A DNA stretch of 64,000 nt from an uncultured archaeon (GTDB taxonomy: Archaea > Asgardarchaeota > Lokiarchaeia > Sigyniarchaeales > SOKP01): NCBI GenBank assembly GCA_964632315.1, contig CAZWEM010000003.1:97550-161549 (forward strand), given 5' to 3'. The translations under genes were made by a program, and so were the position numbers. Position 1 is the first letter of the stretch. Every line of letters starts with the position of its first letter. The notes under the pieces are model-generated. The model made no database searches. It was not told the origin of the DNA and saw nothing but the letters and a program-made list of their open reading frames with translations. Positions 60,980 to 64,000 of the stretch are shown here, piece by piece.

Positions 60980-61756
60980 GTGAAAACTGTGGATGATATT
61001 GTTTTATATGAGAAAGAGGGAGATATTGGAAAAATAACCCTTAATAAACCCGAACAGCGTAACACTATTGATATATCTGTGTTAAGGAGATTGATAGAAT
61101 GCTTTGAGTTGAGTGCGAAAAATGAAGATGTTTGTGTTATTTATTCTGCAAATGGAAAGCATTTCACGGTAGGAGCAGATCTAAAGTATAGCTTTGACTT
61201 AATTACAAATGAAGATAAACTAGCTGAAGGTGTACAATTTCTTGAATCATGGCAAATTTTAACACGAAAAATGATTGCTCACCCTGGTATTATAATTGTA
61301 GGGTATCATGGATGGGTTATCGGAGGTGGCTTTGAACATACTCTTGCTTGTGATGTAAGAATTGCTGCAACTGATACAAAAATCATGTTGCCCGAAGCAG
61401 GTGTGGGTCTCTTTTTTTCTAACGCATCAACGAAATTATTACCTCGAATTATTGGGGAAGGCCGCGCCAAGGATCTAATGATCTTTGGGAATGAGATTAC
61501 TGCAGAGGAAGCTCTTAATATAGGACTTGTTACTAAGATCTGTAAACCCGAAAGTCTAAACCGAATCCTCAAGAAAACAGCAAATACTATTACTCAGAAA
61601 GGACATTTAGCATTACGATATACTAAAGCTTATATCAACGAGAACCAAGATATTAATATTGAAGGAGTTCTTGGGAGAGAGTCAGTTGCGATGATAGAAA
61701 CGTCTCAATCGGAAGTATTAAGAGAGAGATTATCCAAATTTGTGAAAAAAGAATAA
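60980..61756 (+). CDS. enoyl-CoA hydratase/isomerase family protein
   Basis: LNKPE.RN, FTVGADL, GGGFE...ACD, PE..VG. Confidence 0.9.
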   Translation: MKTVDDIVLYEKEGDIGKITLNKPEQRNTIDISVLRRLIECFELSAKNEDVCVIYSANGKHFTVGADLKYSFDLITNEDKLAEGVQFLESWQILTRKMIAHPGIIIVGYHGWVIGGGFEHTLACDVRIAATDTKIMLPEAGVGLFFSNASTKLLPRIIGEGRAKDLMIFGNEITAEEALNIGLVTKICKPESLNRILKKTANTITQKGHLALRYTKAYINENQDINIEGVLGRESVAMIETSQSEVLRERLSKFVKKE

Positions 61757-61761
61757 AATTT

Positions 61762-62940
61762 ATGATGATAATGATGGTAAATAAACCAAAACCTATAAAA
61801 AATCCTCCTAGTAAACTTGAATTAGAAACTAGGCTAAAGAAGATTAGGGAGTTAATGAAAGCACAGAATTTAGACTATTATGTCTCTTTTGATCCGGTAA
61901 ACATATACTATTTAACAAATTTTGCAAATAATGTTCACGAGCGCCCTTTTATTCTGATTATAGAAAAAGAGGGAAATCCCAAGATGGTCGTTCCTCTGCT
62001 TGAAAAAAGTCATGTAGAGACGAGATCGGTTGCTGAATTGGAATACTCAAGCTATTATGAGTTTCCTGCACCTCAAGGTAAGAATTGGTATGACATTTAT
62101 CAAGAGCTTATTGAAGGAAATAAAAGAGTTGGCGTTGAATCTGCCATGCCAATGCAGATTTTCGAAAAAACGCCGGGTAAAAAAATAGTTACTGATCTTA
62201 TCGATGAAACCCGCATTGTCAAAACAGATTATGAGGTAGGAAGATCAGTTCACGCTTGTAAGGTAATCAATAAAGGTCATAAGGAAGTTTTAAAACTGTG
62301 TCGACCAGGCGTGAGAGAATTCGCTTTATATCAAAAAGTAACCGGAACTATGACCAATAAGATTATCCAAGATATTCCCGATGCTAACTTCATTGTATGC
62401 AAAACCACAGCAGCAGTCTGGCCGCCTTCATTTTCACACGATCCTCACATAATTCCAAAAATTTTTGCAGAGATGGAAAATGGAGGACCCCACGTTTCGA
62501 TTGTATATGCTCAAGTAGACGGATATGGAGTTGAAATTGAACGAACATTTTTCTTAGGTGAAGTCCCACCAAAAGCAAAGAAACCATTTGAAATAATGTT
62601 CCAAGCCAGAGAATTAGCTTATAACTTACTTAAACCTGGAGAAATCATGAGTAATATCGATAAAAAAGTTAGAAAATTCATTACTGATAATGGTTATGGG
62701 GATTATGTAATTCACAGGACTGGTCATGGTTTGGGAATAACAGGACATGAAGCTCCCTTTTTAGCAGAAGGTTATGATCGTCCATTAGAATCAAACATGC
62801 TGATCAGTGTGGAACCAGGAATCTACATTCCTGGGTTAGGAGGGTTCAGGCATTCTGATACCATACTAATTACTGAGGATGGATATATTAAATTATCAAA
62901 AGCACCAGAAAAATTAGAAGCCCTAGTTATTGCGAGTTAA
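61762..62940 (+). CDS. Xaa-Pro peptidase (M24) family protein
   Basis: ERTF, HRTGHGLG...HEAP, SVEPGIY..G.GGFRHSDT. Confidence 0.9.
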   Translation: MMIMMVNKPKPIKNPPSKLELETRLKKIRELMKAQNLDYYVSFDPVNIYYLTNFANNVHERPFILIIEKEGNPKMVVPLLEKSHVETRSVAELEYSSYYEFPAPQGKNWYDIYQELIEGNKRVGVESAMPMQIFEKTPGKKIVTDLIDETRIVKTDYEVGRSVHACKVINKGHKEVLKLCRPGVREFALYQKVTGTMTNKIIQDIPDANFIVCKTTAAVWPPSFSHDPHIIPKIFAEMENGGPHVSIVYAQVDGYGVEIERTFFLGEVPPKAKKPFEIMFQARELAYNLLKPGEIMSNIDKKVRKFITDNGYGDYVIHRTGHGLGITGHEAPFLAEGYDRPLESNMLISVEPGIYIPGLGGFRHSDTILITEDGYIKLSKAPEKLEALVIAS

Positions 62941-62942
62941 TT

Positions 62943-63446
62943 TTAAATCTCTTTTTTTATTTCTGCCATTGATTTACGCAAGCTTGGCTTTGGAATTGAG
63001 CCCTTAATGTAGCCAAAAGGTAGTATAGTAAGTAAATAATCATCCTCATTTAACTTAAGTATGTCTTTAGCTTTCTTTCTATCCATGGAACCGATCCAGC
63101 AAGTTCCAATTCCAAGGGCCCATGCAATGAGCATCATATTCATGGAAACCAGAGAGGTATCAATGATGTACCAGTTGGGACTTATGCTTTTCTTTCCCAC
63201 TATCGCAATTGCCAATGGTGCTCTTTTAACGAAATTACCATACATGGCACTGCTAGCTATCTCTTTTAATATCTCCTTATCCTTGATCACGATAAATTCC
63301 CATGGCTGCCTATTTGATGCGCTTGGAGCCCATCTTCCGGCTTCTAAAATCATTTCAATATCATCTTCTGTAATTTCGGATTTTTCAAACGCACGAATAC
63401 TTCTTCGTTGCTTAATAAAATCTAATAATTTATCGGGTTCTATCAT
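62943..63446 (-). CDS. nitroreductase family protein
   Basis: RRSIRAF, WAPSASNRQPWEF, GIGTCWI. Confidence 0.9.
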   Translation of the reverse strand: MIEPDKLLDFIKQRRSIRAFEKSEITEDDIEMILEAGRWAPSASNRQPWEFIVIKDKEILKEIASSAMYGNFVKRAPLAIAIVGKKSISPNWYIIDTSLVSMNMMLIAWALGIGTCWIGSMDRKKAKDILKLNEDDYLLTILPFGYIKGSIPKPSLRKSMAEIKKEI

Positions 63447-63545
63447 AATTTTATCTTAATTAGTATAAAATTAAAATTCTATGTGAATAAATTATTATAT
63501 AAATTTTGAATAAATATTTATTATTGCATAAACACTTTTTAACTA

Positions 63546-64000
63546 ATGGATTTAGCAGATCTGAAGAAAGATTATTCTAAAAAAGACATAAAGTTTACTA
63601 GAAATGATCAAAAGTTAGATCTGATGAAAAAGTATTACGATATTCATGGTCACGAACCTCACGAATCTTTCCTTTATGCTTTTCTATGCCTTATATATGA
63701 TGGTCATAACAGTTTAGACTTAATTAAAAAGAATTTACGCCTCATTTTTATTTCTTCTACTAAACAAGCCGTCATAGAAGATGAAGACATAGAAGAATAC
63801 TATCAACAAGCAAAAAGGAAGGGATTGATTTCTATAAATGAGAATAAAATCACGCTTACGAAGACTGGGAAAGAACTTGTCGAAGCCAGTTATTATTGGA
63901 ACTTGCACACCTCACATTGGATGGGAATATTCTTCTCAAAATATACCGTAATGATTGCTACTGCGATATTTCTAATCATATTAGCTATTCTTAAAATTAT
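63546..64000 (+). CDS. partial CDS running off the window end: winged-helix-like N-terminus followed by a TM helix (possibly a CDF-type transporter)
   Basis: Open frame from ATG 63546: ...KRKGLI...KITLTKTGKELV... then TAIFLIILAILKI. Confidence 0.6.
   Translation, partial: MDLADLKKDYSKKDIKFTRNDQKLDLMKKYYDIHGHEPHESFLYAFLCLIYDGHNSLDLIKKNLRLIFISSTKQAVIEDEDIEEYYQQAKRKGLISINENKITLTKTGKELVEASYYWNLHTSHWMGIFFSKYTVMIATAIFLIILAILKI

Noticed and set aside
1-64000. CRISPR array, tRNA/rRNA genes, transposases or integrases
   Set aside because: No regularly spaced repeats, cloverleaf or long GC-rich structural RNA, or recombinase motifs seen by manual reading; tRNAscan/Infernal were not run

Overview
AT-rich archaeal chromosomal window, most consistent with an Asgard archaeon (Lokiarchaeia/Promethearchaeota). 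The assignment rests on an archaeal histone, TFB, proteasome beta and archaeal-type ProRS together with eukaryotic-signature proteins (two-domain gelsolin, longin-like domains, RING finger) and Loki-type C-terminal sorting tails. About 50 CDSs are present; no rRNA, tRNA, CRISPR or transposase was recognised. Top finding: a histone gene missed by the ORF track (3053-3330, minus) is split by two short inserts of 29 and 30 nt. Each folds into a relaxed bulge-helix-bulge (BHB) structure, and cutting at the canonical tRNA-splicing-endonuclease positions restores an intact 72-aa histone, suggesting mRNA micro-introns in a core chromatin gene. Other highlights: an EF-G-like GTPase fused to a YqgF-type nuclease domain; a wHTH / 7TM-longin / giant surface protein module sharing a 20-bp operator-like motif; three tandem PlsY-polyprenol/DAG kinase fusions; a 134-bp direct repeat flanking a NosD-like surface gene; a Thr-less proteasome beta next to a RING protein; an ATT-start gene; and an unannotated Zn-ribbon microprotein. 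All calls are from manual motif reading; no searches were run.
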